Assembly (NCBI RefSeq): GCF_006345805.1
Contig: NW_021835479.1
Coordinates: forward strand, 1 to 64,000
Reading direction: 5' to 3'
DNA length: 64,000 nucleotides
DNA from: Octopus sinensis
Taxonomy: Eukaryota
This document shows positions 12,946 to 25,674 of the stretch, piece by piece. A program made the position numbers and the translations under genes. How positions within the stretch are numbered: position 1 is the first letter of the stretch; each line of letters begins with the position of its first letter. A model generated the notes under the pieces. That model worked only from the letters and a program-made list of their open reading frames with translations, ran no database searches and was not told the origin of the DNA.

Positions 12946-13508
12946 AAATGCCCTGATGCAGTACCAGGCAGTGGCTCTCATAGCTTCTGATCTTAACTGA
13001 TTGGAAGTGTTATTATGTACATTGTTTTGTCTTGGTATAAAAGATGGGCTACAGCAAATATTCTTCTCAATACCACAGATTTGCTTGTCAGTTGTTTGAC
13101 CTTAACCAGTTGAGCATGTCCCTTAGTGGCTGACGATATGTGCATCTCTGATCACGAGCAGAAGTAGTGGGGGAGCATCATAGCCATGTGTTGAGAGGAA
13201 TTCTTTGGGGTTTGAATAATTCACCTCTGGAAACATGGGTGGTTCTTTCAACATCCTTAAACAACCCTTATTCAGGGACCTTTTGAGCGGGATGGGCTAC
13301 TCAACCTGAAGAAAATTCAAACTGGGCCCCACCTGCAAGCTCATGTGCTATTTATCTTGATATCAGATCACCATGTCGCACACATATGGTTGTGATACAT
13401 GTGCCTGGTGTTTACCCTTATCAGACGGGTAGTCATGATGGGTATATTGGCTTCGTCGTATATTTCACCCCAGTGTCACTTTGATGGCATGAACGCTCTC
13501 TCACTCAA
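12946..13508. mobile_element. About 560-bp non-coding interspersed element embedded in (TAA)n
   Basis: Higher-GC block (aaatgccctgatgcagtaccagg...ctctcactcaa) with TAA arrays on both sides. No tRNA head and no long ORF. Confidence 0.65.
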
Positions 13509-13593
13509 TGTAATAATAATAATAATAATAATAATAATGATAATAATAATAATGATAATAATAATAATAATAATAAATAATAATAATTGATGA

Positions 13594-13628
<35 letters not shown>

Positions 13629-13723
13629 AATAAGAATAATATTAATAATAATAAATAATAATCATATATTAATAATAAATAATAATAATAATATAATAAT
13701 AATAATATAATAATATAATAAAA

Positions 13724-13833
13724 AAGAAGAAGAAGAAGAAGAAGAAGAAGAAGAAGAAGAAGAAGAAGAAGAAGAAGAAGAAGAAGAAGAAGAAGAAGAA
13801 GAAGAAGAAGAAGAAGAAGAAGAAGAAGAAGAA
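13724..13833. repeat. (GAA)n microsatellite
   Basis: About 36 uninterrupted GAA units. Confidence 0.95.
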
Positions 13834-13929
13834 ATAGTGTCTTTAAACAGCGGATGAAAGCTTCAGAGACACAAGAAATTATGAGAAAAGGTGTTTCTGG
13901 GGCAAATATGCCTCTCCCACCTGGGCTTA

Positions 13930-14130
13930 TAACATCATTAATGGGACATCAGCTTTTAGCTCATAGACTTTAAGCTCCTTCAGTGCAACCATTCCAAGTG
14001 GTCCCTTCGTTGCAAACGAGTGATTTTTCTTACGCCTCGCTGCAGGATTAAACCTCCATGCTGAACATTGAGTGGCGGATTGAATGCGATTGTACTTGTA
14101 TAACATGACTGACAAGCTGAGAGATGTCAC
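13930..14130 (-). pseudogene. Possible degraded CR1/L2-type RT C-terminal fragment
   Basis: Across frames, LYK...QCSAW / RLQRR / LKELKVYEL resembles LYK..IRPHLEYCS.VW...RVQRR...LKEL.LYSL. Confidence 0.3.
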
Positions 14131-14361
14131 GCTGGAGCATATCCCGTGTTCCGCTTCTGCGCATTTGACAGCAACACATTCAACACGGACATCAGTGTGT
14201 ATACGTGCGCGTAAAGCGTACGCGCAACGCACATAAGCGCGCGCGAACACACGCACATGTACGCCTCTATATTGGCATAGATTCATATATATAATTATGT
14301 ATGTAAGTACGTATGTATATATTATATATTATGCATTATTATATTATATTAATATATATAT

Positions 14362-14396
<35 letters not shown>

Positions 14397-14465
14397 TCAT
14401 ATATATCCAAGTGTACGCGTGTATACATGTAGGAAAATGTGTGTGTATATATAGATACAGGCATA

Positions 14466-14534
<69 letters not shown>

Positions 14535-14594
14535 AGAGAGAAGATGATATATACACACGCACATATATATATACATAATTATATATTATATACT

Positions 14595-14628
<34 letters not shown>

Positions 14629-14720
14629 ATATATATATATATATAGATATATAATATGCATATATACATACAATAGCAATATATAATATATATATATATA
14701 CACACACAAATATATCTATG

Positions 14721-14764
<44 letters not shown>

Positions 14765-15212
14765 TGTGTGTTTGTGGTGCATATACGTGTATGCGCGGCG
14801 AAACGATTAAAAAGTTCATACTGAATATTACGGTCCAGAGTTCGTTCCCATTGCATGACATCTTTTACTATAGCTTCACATCAATCCATGCCTCATCTTA
14901 TTTATGAAAACAATTTAACATTAAAATGGTGAACTACTCAATAAATTTTAGTAGATTACATATTTATTAATTTCTACTAGAGAAAAGTGGAGAGTGACTT
15001 CGAAATTTCTGGTTTGCTAGCTTCTATCAAAGTGTGCTTTCGGGTTCTTGTACGCTTCGTAACTTATATAACTTTGGGCAAGTTGCTTTTTGGTGCGTGT
15101 GTGTGTGTATATATATATATAAAGGGAAAGTTTACGAAAATAAACAAAAGACGAAGGCAGGTGGAGTACAAACAAACAAATGTATTAGTGTAGCGCTCAG
15201 GAATAGAAAAAG

Positions 15213-15250
15213 TCTTTTACGTTTCGAGCCTACGCTCTTCGACAGAAAGA
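15213..15250 (-). ncRNA. Minimal type I hammerhead motif in a 192-bp element (15121-15312) flanked by (TA)n
   Basis: TCTTT-CTGTCGA-A-GAGC-GTAG-GCTC-GAAAC-GTA-AAAGA. Stem I is 5 bp and stem II is 4 bp; core position A6 is changed to T. Confidence 0.75.
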
Positions 15251-15665
15251 TACACAGAAAAAAAAACAAGGAGAGAAAAAATGCGTGTAGGAGCTAACGA
15301 TCTATCATGGCGTATATATAAAAAAACACTTTATATATACATTTAAACACATAAGAAGTAACCGTCATAGGATTCCTTTCACGCTAGAAGGAACAACTAA
15401 ATTCCAAACCACTATTAGGGATAAAAACTCGAAGGGAATGAAAAATAAAAACATTTACCATCTATCTTCTGGACCATGGTTTCAGATTCTTTTTTAGCAA
15501 ATAAAATAATGCCGGTATATATATGTTTGTATGTATGTATGTATATATATATACATATATATGTACATACATATACATATATACACGCGCGCGTGTGTGT
15601 GGGTGGGTGTTAGCGAGTAATGAGAGAAATAAAGAGAGAAAAGCAGGACAGTCTGAATGCAAATA

Positions 15666-15968
15666 TGTTGTTGTTGTTGTTAATGTTGTTTGTTCCTTCT
15701 GGAGCCATGCGTGGCTCATAAGAGCCGGTTTCCCGGTTTCATTGGCGTATAGGTTCCCCACCTGAACAGAACGCCGGTCCATCGCAGGTGAGCTGCAAGA
15801 TGCAGGAGGAAAGAATGAGAGAAAGTTGTGGCGAAAGAGTCAGCAGAAATTCGCCATTACCTTCTGCCGGAGCTTAGGTGTTTCACACAAAACCCGGTCT
15901 GAGATTCGAACCTACGATCCCTCGACCGCGAGTCCGCTGCTCTAACCACTAGGCCATGTTCCTCCACA
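15666..15968 (-). mobile_element. Family D SINE with a small internal deletion
   Basis: Paralog of 7303-7608 that lacks ctcgtggagc between two ggagc repeats; (AAC)n tail. Confidence 0.88.
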
Positions 15969-16186
15969 TATGCGAATATATGTACGCTAATGTTCCCCAA
16001 ACTTGGTATATTCTTCAACATACTATTCCAATGATCAGCAGAGAGTAGAAAATTAAATGGCAATCAGAAATATTAACTACAACAAGCAGCCCGCTCCTCC
16101 TCCTCCTCCTACTACTGCTACTACTATCATCACCACCAAAACTACGACTACACTACTGCCACCACCACGATGACCACCACCACCAC

Positions 16187-16235
<49 letters not shown>

Positions 16236-16507
16236 TAATAATAATAATAATAATGACGGGAGTGGGGAACGATGAAACTTTCTCTCCAAGCTAGAAACTG
16301 TTTCAAGTCATTAATTTAATTATTACACATATGTTCTCCCATTAAATAACTTCCAACTTTTTTTTTTCGACTATGAGCTAGAATCATTCTACTTGTAACT
16401 AAAGACCACCACTCCTCTTATTGGCATAACTCTCCGTCCTTTAAAACTAACAATCACAAAGGCAGCAACAGCAGCAATAACAATAACAACAATAACAGCA
16501 GCAGCAG

Positions 16508-16680
16508 TCGAAGCGCAGTGGCCCAGGGGTTAGGGCAGCGGACTCGCGGTCGTAAGAACGCGGTTTCGATTCCCAAACGCACCTAAGCTCCGCGAGGCTC
16601 CGGCGTGGGCGGGTGGTGAACCCCGCTGTACTCTTTCACCACTACTTTCTCTCTCTCTAATGGCGTGAGTCCTGATTGGG
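16508..16680 (+). mobile_element. Truncated family D-related SINE
   Basis: gtggcccaggggttagggcagcggactcgcggtcg...ggtttcgattccc...cacctaagctccgcgaggctccgg. Confidence 0.75.
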
Positions 16681-16954
16681 AGAAGAAGAAGAAGAGAAGA
16701 AGAAGAAGAAGAAGAAGAAGAAGAGAAGAAGAAGAAGAAGAAGAAGAAGAAGCAGCAGCAAAGAACTGATGCAAAAGTCTCTACGTTATTGAATCGCCTA
16801 CTAGAATTATTGCTAAATCTTCCTAGAATCATAACCCTGTTCCTTAAAAGAAAGGAATCGCTATAAGTAATAAAAAATCGAGAGGGTCACGGCAGTATTG
16901 CTATTGAACATATGCCTACTTGATCAAGGGTAACCCGGGGCTAAGCAATAGTTT

Positions 16955-17392
16955 CAAATTTTGACAAAAGGGCATCGGGTGGAAGTCGATTACAATCGAC
17001 CCGAGGTGGTCAACTGGTACTTAGTTTTTCGACCCCCATGTGTTTAAAGACAGAGAAGACCTTGACGGATATTGTACTCAGAACGTAAAAAGCCGGAAAA
17101 AATACCGCTAAGCAGCTTGTCCGGTGTGCTAACGATTCTGCCAGCTCGCTGCCTTCTTGAGACTAAAGAATATTTTTTTCTTCTAAAGTCACAAGGCTTG
17201 AAATTTTAGTGGTGGGAGCTGGTTGACTACATCGGTCCCAAAGCTCAGCTGCAGCTATGCTTTTTTTTTCACCCCTGAAAGCATGAAATACAAAGTAGAC
17301 CTCTGCACAATTTGGATTCAGAACGTAAAGAACCGGAAGACACGCCGCCAGTTATCTTGTCCGATGTGTTGACGATTCTGCCAGCTCATTGC
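16955..17392 (-). mobile_element. Two tandem old family B SINEs (16955-17155 and 17180-17392)
   Basis: Each ends in aacgattctgccagctc (reverse-complement head) and carries the ctcagaacgtaaa B-box region. Confidence 0.8.
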
Positions 17393-17579
17393 GTTGCAGA
17401 GTTCCTCTTACTAAACATTAAATAATATTAGTGAAGAAATGCAAGAACAGGAATAAAAACAAAGGCTACAACATCTGTAGTATCTATGTAAATGATTCGC
17501 GAAGCATACGACGTATTCGATAAATCATGTCGTACACAAGGACACGTGACGTAAACCGTAGATTATAATTGAAACAAAA

Positions 17580-17641
17580 ATGTTAGAACGACTGACATAC
17601 GTCGTAATTATGTTAGAACGACAGACATACGTCGTAATTAT
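17580..17641. repeat. 30-bp tandem duplication
   Basis: atgttagaacgac(t/a)gacatacgtcgtaatt twice. Confidence 0.9.
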
Positions 17642-17978
17642 GACAAAAAAATCTAATACGAAATGTCAGGTGACTCGGAAGACAAAGCAGCTAAGACTTT
17701 ATAGTATATCATGATGCATAAATCCCATGGCAAGACATGAAATATGAATCATAACGTATAAAACATAAATCATAAAAATGATATATCATAAAATGATACT
17801 TAGACTTTTGCAAATGGAATTAAATAATTTGTGACATTTGTCAGGTGATGGGTGTCATATAAACAGGAGAATATAATAAGACAAAACACGACTCATGAGT
17901 ATTCGTAAAGATATTTCAGTTTCATAGAACAATGTATATTATTTAAATTCTTCGCAGAATTCAAGTTGGTCGTATATA

Positions 17979-18022
<44 letters not shown>

Positions 18023-19315
18023 TACTCTAGCAGTATATTATTGGTCGTGGCATATCACTGTTTCGAATGTTACGGACTGTTTCACGCCGACTATTGGCAA
18101 GTGTAACAGTCAGTTCGGAAATGTTGGTTTTATGTCGTAACCAGAGATATACTAAGGATATATAGTTTAACAAAAAAAAAAAAAAAAAAAAATACAACCG
18201 TTGTATTTCTCTTTTAGAGCATGCTTTTTCATCTGGTTTATGGATTATCAATTGATCTTGTGTGTGTGTGTGAGTGAGATTATATAGAACTTGGACTACT
18301 TAGGCTATGTTCTCCAAAGTGCCCTTCCTTCTTTTAAATATAGGTTGGTATTTGAGAGAGATTGGTTACTATATCAACTTTAACTGAACAGAACTATGAG
18401 CAAAGAGACTTGACATGTTTTGGTTTCTTTTCAATTCGAGTAACTTTGACATTTCTAAGACCATTCTAACAACCACTCATTAATGAAAACAAAAACACAT
18501 CCTTGTTTCACAACGTACAATGAAACACCAATATATGCTAAAAACTTCCATCTTTTTTCAAGCAATGTATATCGAAGACTACATTATTCAATATACCACT
18601 ACCTTATTAATGCGACAGACTGCTACCTTTAGGGAGATTTAGCTGTTATTTCTTACTGGTCTAGCGACTGCCTAGAAGTTCTTTTTTTATCTCGTCAATA
18701 GTTATAAATTCTTTGGTCAATCCTGATCGAGAATCCCTACAATCGAAGTCATTGTAACGGTTACTGTACTATCTTTTAGGGATATGTATAACTATATTAT
18801 CTCGTGTGCTTGTCGTATATCAGATGATGTGCTATAATTTAAGAGAGATTTCGTTGTTATATCAGTAGGTCGAGCGACAATGTAAAAGGGTCACGTGTTG
18901 AGCTGAGTTTTTATGGTGATGTAATACAGGGATACAATATATTGTCGTAGTTTGCTTAATGATACATGGTGTGGTGAAGTGTGATAAAATACTATATGGA
19001 GCACAGTGATAGTGTCATGGGTACACGAACTGAGTCAAAGTATGGGCGGTGACGTGATAGGGGTGGGGTAGGAATTAAGGCGGGAAAGCCGGTGGAAGAC
19101 AGCAAAAGTTTTGTCAAGAGTGTAAATCTATACCATAACGTGATATATAATTTATGTTTTTTCCGTAAAATTCCTCCTCCTAACGCGCGCATACGCGTAC
19201 ACAAATACATACACTATATGAGTATACGCTCGTACATAATGTATACATTAGAATGTGCGTGTATGTAAATATATATGTGAAAATATATGTGTGTATTTGT
19301 GCTTAAAGATATGTA

Positions 19316-19357
<42 letters not shown>

Positions 19358-19551
19358 AGCCTAAGAAACACGTGGTGTATTTACTGGTATGAAAGTAAAA
19401 TTTACTGAGTTTGTATGCCGTTGTAAGTAGAAACTTGTGAATTTAAGGACAAATTTATACTTTAGGCAAGAGAAATGGTAAGTGCAACATATTTTTGAGT
19501 TGTAGATGTTATGTTTAAACGGATCTGTAAATGTTGGTGTGCGCCTTCATG

Positions 19552-20162
19552 AAGGAAGCGAACTGGCAGAGTGGTTAGCACGCCGGGCGAAATGCGTAGC
19601 CGTATTTCGTCTACCATTACGTTCTGAGTTCAAATTCCGCCGAGGTCGACTTTGCCTTTCATCTTTTCGGGGTCAATAAATTAAGTACCAGTTATGCACT
19701 GGTGTCGATAAAATCGACTTAATCCGTTTGTCTGTCCTTGTTTGTCCTCTCTGTGTTTAGCCCCTTGTGAGTAGTAAAGAAATAGGTATTTCGTCTGCCG
19801 CTACGTTCTGAGTTCAAATTCCACCGAGGTCGATTTGCCTTTGATCCTTTCGGGGTCGATAAATTAAGTACCACTTACGCACTGGGGTCGATGTAAATGA
19901 CTTAATCCCTTTGTCTGTCCTTGTTTGCCCCCTCTATGCCCCTTGTGGGCAATAAAGAAATAAGAAACGTTAGCACGCCGGGCGAAATACTTAGCGGTAT
20001 TTGGTCTGCCTTATCGTTCTGAGTTCAAATTCCGCCGAGGTCGGCTTTACCTTTCATCCTTTCGGGATCGATAAATTAAGTACCAGTTGCGTACTGGGGT
20101 CGAACTAATCGACTGGTCCCCTCGCCAAAATTTTCGGGCCTTGTGCCTAGAGTAGAAAAGTA
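19552..20162 (+). mobile_element. Trimeric family B SINE with a single 12-bp TSD
   Basis: Three B monomers fused head to tail. TSD tgcgccttcatg at 19540-19551 and 20163-20174. Confidence 0.92.
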
Positions 20163-20490
20163 TGCGCCTTCATGCATTGAGCATCATATTATTTCAGGTA
20201 TTCAGGATAACTTTCTTAAAAACCAAATATGATATGAAGTGCGATTAGAAACGTTCGGTGGACAGTCAAATGTCGCAAATGAAATAGCTGGGTATGCTGA
20301 CATGACCGGGTGTATGTAGGCAGTTTTCGGGTACAAGTTGGTATTATTGGACCCTATAGTATAGCTAGCGGTGGTGTTGAGGGAGCCGTTCGCTCCAATT
20401 GTCGATTTTATGTGGGTGGGCACTTTTCGATCTGCTGCCTATTTTTTCTCTCTTCTCTTTTTTTGCTTCTCTCTGTGTTTTCTTTTCTCG

Positions 20491-20524
20491 TTTCTGTAGA
20501 AGAGCATATACTCGCAACGTTAAA
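20491..20524 (+). ncRNA. Degenerate minimal hammerhead motif, same family as 15213 and 36597
   Basis: TTT-CTGTAGA-A-GAGC-ATAT-ACTC-GCAAC-GTT-AAA, followed by the family signature cctgagcgtcaaactaatac. The core is mutated. Confidence 0.5.
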
Positions 20525-20986
20525 AACGCTTTCGTTTTTCCTGAGCGTCAAACTAATACACTTTGCTTTAGTCCTCTCACCTTGTCTCTGTCTTCCGTTT
20601 CTTGCCTTCTTTTGTATATGCTTGGGAACCCGCAGTGGGTGAGGGAACGGAAAACTGGAGGGTTTCTCGGGAAGCACACACTTTGGCTACGCCATCGATT
20701 TCACCCCTCTTAATTTCTCGTAAAATAATCAGAAATCCAACACAGTCGAGGCGCTGCGTTCAGTCAATGTGTTTCTCAATGTTATTGAATGCGTTTAGAT
20801 GGATACAAATTGCATTCTCATAAGAAGAAATCAACATTTAAATATCGTATTCTTAATTGGAGAAATAAGCGCAGGAGCAGCACGGCTCTGTAACGTATCG
20901 ATACTTGTAATAGCTTGTAGATGTGGTAGACTTGATCTCATAGGTAATCCTGATGTCTATTCCTTTTAGAAGACCAAAACGGCAAA

Positions 20987-21251
20987 TGTGGAGGCGCGTG
21001 GCTTAGTGGTTAGGGTGTCAGCATCATGACTGTAAGATTGTGGTTTCGATTCCTGGACCGGGCGACGCGTTGTCTTCTTGAGCAAAACACTTCATTTCAC
21101 GTTGCTCCAGTCCACTCAGCTGGCAAAAGTGAGTAACGCTGCGATGGACTGGAGTCCCGTTCAGCTGAGGAACACATACGCCATAGAAACCGGGAAACTG
21201 GGTCCATGATCCTGGCTAGGCCTTAAAAGGGCGCATTTATTTTTTTATTTT
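20987..21251 (+). mobile_element. Family C tRNA-derived SINE with V-domain-like core and 11-bp TSD
   Basis: Head ggcgcgtggcttagtggttagg...ggtttcgattcc; core gctgcgatggactggagtcccgttcag; TSD aaaacggcaaa at 20976-20986 and 21252-21262. Confidence 0.9.
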
Positions 21252-22601
21252 AAAACGGCAAAAAGCATCGCGCATGTTAATAGCCAGGGGTGAGTGGATG
21301 TCAAAGAATGTGAGACCAAATTAGTAGACGCTATAAGTAAAGACCCGTCTAGGATAGAGAATCGGTGGATAAACATCAGAGAGAGAAAGATTATAATAAA
21401 GACATCAAAGACAAAAGGGAGAAAGAGTAAATGCGGTTGTCGTGGTAGGAAATGAAGGGAGAGATGAGGAGAAGGAGGAGGAGGAGGAAGGGAGGGGGTA
21501 GTTGGAAGACAGAAATGTTAGGAAAATAACTAAGGCTGGAGTTTAACCTTTCTATTTCGTCTCCATGAAAGAACAGCGAACGCACACTGAGACGCATTAC
21601 TCACACAAATAAACACTACCTATGTACATAAACACACACACACACACACAACACGTATAATATATTTATATGCGCACATGTTTAAACTCACTCATATTTA
21701 TATGTGCATGTATATATATGTGTGTGTGTGTGTGTATATGTATGTATATATTTCCACTCATATATATATAATTATAGATATATACATGTGTACGTGTATG
21801 GTGTATGTGCGTCAGTCACACAGACGTGTGTATATATGTGTGTGTGTGTGTGTGTGTGTTTGTGCGTGCTTTGCAAATAACTTGCACATGCAAGTGCTAC
21901 CAGTCGAAAGCATCGCATACCGGAAGCTAGCAAGTGTATGAGGTTATTAGGAGAGAATGCGCGTCTACCTCTCGACGGCATCATTGCGCACCGGCTCCGC
22001 CTCACTGACATGAGACCACGCTTCTAAGATCAACTGGTGATCAAATATAGCTCAACATTCTTCTAGCCATTGCTCAACATCTCTTTTTAACCAAATCCTT
22101 TTCCACTGTAGTTTGGATATCGCTCATGGTGGTATTTGCTTTACAATGAGTTAAAACTCGCCAGTCAAACGGCGTCTTTCGTAAGTATATAAAATATATA
22201 ATTGCAACGCAACAGCTTTGTAACACAAGTACTTAATGACCCGAGGTCCAGTTCCTACATGGAACTGTTCACAATTTCAGAGATTAATAACCTGGTATCT
22301 CTTCAGCGACGACCGAGAATTCTAAGCAGATTTTAATGTCGCTTTCCCTTTAAGAACGGGGAGTGTAAACTCCAACAGTCACAATATTTCTGTGAGGAGC
22401 AGCGAATCTAAGAATTATTAGCAATGAAGCGACAATGATGGAACAATGGCAAAAGTTTATAATTAGCAGATTGTGTGGAGCCATCATCAGCGGACACAAA
22501 GCATGTTGACAAAAAAAATAATAAATGCGCAGGCTGGATAAAGTATTAAAATACGCACACTCGCGCCGCGAGTTTGTTCGTAACCCAGTGCCACGGTTTC
22601 C

Positions 22602-22680
22602 ATGCCTTTGTATAAAAGCCTCTTCCTTTTCTGTGCATTGGTTTATATGGCTGCAATGTGTAAAAGCTACCATCCAAATT
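22602..22680 (+). CDS. Candidate first coding exon (signal-peptide-like MPLYKSLFLFCALVYMAAMCKSYHPN, phase-1 donor)
   Basis: Hydrophobic N-terminus followed by the consensus donor GTAAGT at 22681, inside about 1.3 kb of repeat-free sequence. No homology recognised. Confidence 0.3.
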
Positions 22681-23669
22681 GTAAGTGGATGTCGTCTTCT
22701 GCATATGAGTGTCTCATGTTTAGCAAATGCGAATCTCAACTTGAAACAGATTTTCATGACGCCTCATTCTTCAGACGAAAATGAATACATTTATCATATT
22801 ACAAATGTGAAGAGGAAAAGCACGACTCCCTATACAACCTTCTCCTCTCCATCACAAACAAAATCGCTTTACGTCTATATAAGAATCAACTATTGCTATC
22901 GGATATATTAGCTGAGGTGATGTGGGGAGGAGAAGAAATGGGGGAGTTCCGAATAAAATCCTTTGAGGGATTTAGTTACAGCCCTTTAAATTTATGAGCT
23001 TCTGAATACAGTTGGGTCAACTTTGTCTTTAATCTTTCTACGGTCGGTAAAATAAGTAACTACTAAGCAGTGAGTTCAATATACTCGAATGTAGCTTCCA
23101 CTCTTTCAAATCTGTGACCTCCACCCTTTAAAATGTGTGACCCAGTAACTGCATTTAAACCGCCGATGTCTATACTTTTAGACAAAAATAATCTTGCACA
23201 TGCTAAGGTGCTTTCATTGCTCTTTATTCACTTGTTTATATTTTACTTTATTTATTATTGTTATTTACGAGTTTCAAATGAAATCGGATGGATTCCGGGT
23301 GGAATCTAGTTAACGACACTTCATTCACGCTTCGTTCCACCTCATTTACACGGTTAATGTCTGCCTTTAAGAAAGTTATGTATCCCACACACGATTTCAT
23401 CAATGGTTTTATTATTATTATTATTATTATTATGATTATTATTATTATCATCATTATTGCAAAAATGAACAGAATTCTAGTGTAGGAATCGTTTGAGTCG
23501 CTGAGACGGTGGAACAGTTTCATTACCCAGTTGAATCTGCTCCATTTAATTACACCACAAGAAAACGGAGCTTTTGTTCAGAATTTCTCTAGAAAGCCCT
23601 AGACTTTAGTACTTCTCTAGACATATAAAGAACTTGACTAAACTCCTCTTAATGTATGAAAATAATAAT

Positions 23670-24203
23670 CTTTTCAAATTTTGACATGAGGCATGCCGTT
23701 TTGAGGGGATAAGGTTAGTCGATATTGCTCCACTTACTTGACTTGTATTGCATTTCATCGACCCCGGAAGAATAAAAGACAAAGTTAACTTTGGTAGAAT
23801 TCGAACTCAGAATGTAATGAACCGGAAGAAATACTGCAAAGCATTTTTTTTCGATGTTGTAACGATTCTGCCAGTTCACAGCCTTGATGTATGCAAATAA
23901 TGACTTCAAATTTTGGCACAATGCCAGCAAGTTTGGGGGACGGGGGCTAATCGATTATGTCGGTCCTAATACTGAAATGATACTTATTTTATAGACCGTG
24001 AAAGCATGAAAGGCAAATCGACCAGGACGGCATTTGGACTCAGACCGGAAAGATGGATGCTGATACTTATTTCATCGACTCCGAAAGTATGAAAGGCAAA
24101 CTCGACCCCGGTGGCATTTGAACTCAAAACTTAAAGCCAGAAGACATGTGGCTTAGCAAATCTTTCATCCTGCATACAAACGATTCCGTTAGCTCGCCGC
24201 CTT
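23670..24203 (-). mobile_element. Two old family B SINEs in tandem; the second has a duplicated central segment
   Basis: acttatttc/ttatagacc...gaaaggcaaa...gcattt(g)aactca occurs twice at 23980-24130; reverse-complement heads at about 23870 and 24195. Confidence 0.75.
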
Positions 24204-24269
24204 AATGTATGCAAGTAATAATAATAACAATTTTTAATGAAAGATTTTGCCGTTTATTCACGTAATCTT

Positions 24270-24490
24270 TCTAATGCCTAAATCTATGAGCATTGCTTTT
24301 GTGAGTTCGTTCATAAATACTTCACAGTGCTGATGAGCCTTTTCGTAGACACAATGCTTTGCTGCGAGCTTGCTTATAGACACAACACACTGTTGTTACT
24401 AGCATGAACACTGGAACACCACAATGCTTACTAACTTTCATCATAAACTCGGCATTCTCCAATCGTTTCAGGATATCAAATATCAAGTAG
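24270..24490 (-). pseudogene. Possible Tigger/pogo N-terminal HTH relic
   Basis: LIFDILKRLENAEFMMKVSKHCGVP loosely resembles CENP-B-type psq HTH starts. Confidence 0.2.
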
Positions 24491-24996
24491 TTTTATTATT
24501 GCTAATATTGTCGCTATTGCTGCAGCCATTTTTGCTTTTTAGTGCTATGTTAATCCTAGTTTAAGTAGGCCTTTGATCAGAGGGCATCCAGCCGTAACCA
24601 GCACGTCTTTTTTAATTATCAAAGACTACATTATCCGATGTATAATTTTTAAAGATGACAGGAAGAGTTAGCTAATATTTCTGGCAGGTTGAAGAATATA
24701 ACTCTACTCAAGCAGATAATTTTTTTTAGAGTTGTTGATTTATTTTTCTCATATCATATAAATTACATAACATATTGTAACACGATATTTTATCAGCTAA
24801 AACATTCTGAATATTGCTTTGATGTCGGCCATTTTTTTTTCAATTTCCATTGATGGTTGAGTATACGTGCATATTAGAATTAAGCGTTTTACACGTTCTA
24901 ATGTACAAATATAACAATCGGAAGTTCCCATGATTTCTTTTCAAGAATAACAAAACCCAATCAAGCATCGATATTTTTACCTTTCCTTTTGTTAAA

Positions 24997-25355
24997 TTTA
25001 CTTGTTTCAGTCACTGGACTGTGGCCATGCTGGGGCATTGCTTTGAAAGGTTTCAGTCGAATAAATCAAGCCCGATACTTTTGTTTTTCTAAGTCCCGTA
25101 CTTATTCTATCGGTCTCCTTTACAGAAACGCTAAGTTATGGGGATGTGAACAAACCAACAACATATGGTTTTCAGGCTGTGAGGGTGGAAAACATAAACA
25201 TAAAAATGCGCGTGCATACACGATGAATTTCCACACAGTTTCCTATCGCCAAAGGCATTGGTCTCGACCCCAGGGCTATAGTAGAAGACTAAGGTGTCTC
25301 GTATTGGGACTGAACACGAAATCACGAGGTTCCAAAGCCAGCTTCTTAACCACAT
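24997..25355 (-). mobile_element. Old family A SINE
   Basis: cttgtttcagtcactggactgtggccatgctgggg...gctatagtagaagac...cttaaccaca. Confidence 0.85.
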
Positions 25356-25631
25356 GGATATAGATAAGTAAAACAGTTAATAAATAAATAACCGTTGAAA
25401 ACATGGCAGTTTGAACTACATTACTGTTATCTGACTCAATTTGAATTATAGAAGGAGAGACTTGTGGGCCTTTTTGCAATCAAATGATTTCTGTCAAAGA
25501 ACAAGATTTCACGCCTTTGATAGAGAATGTGTGAAAGTTGGGCCGAGCTTGTCTTGGGTTTTATGCAATGATTTACGGAAAACTCAGCTGGTCTTATCTG
25601 TTTTTATTAACCACGAATGTATCTCATACGA

Positions 25632-25674
<43 letters not shown>

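Noticed and set aside
24325-24345. CTGATGAGCC hammerhead-like half
   Set aside because: No pairing stem II or GAAAC downstream.
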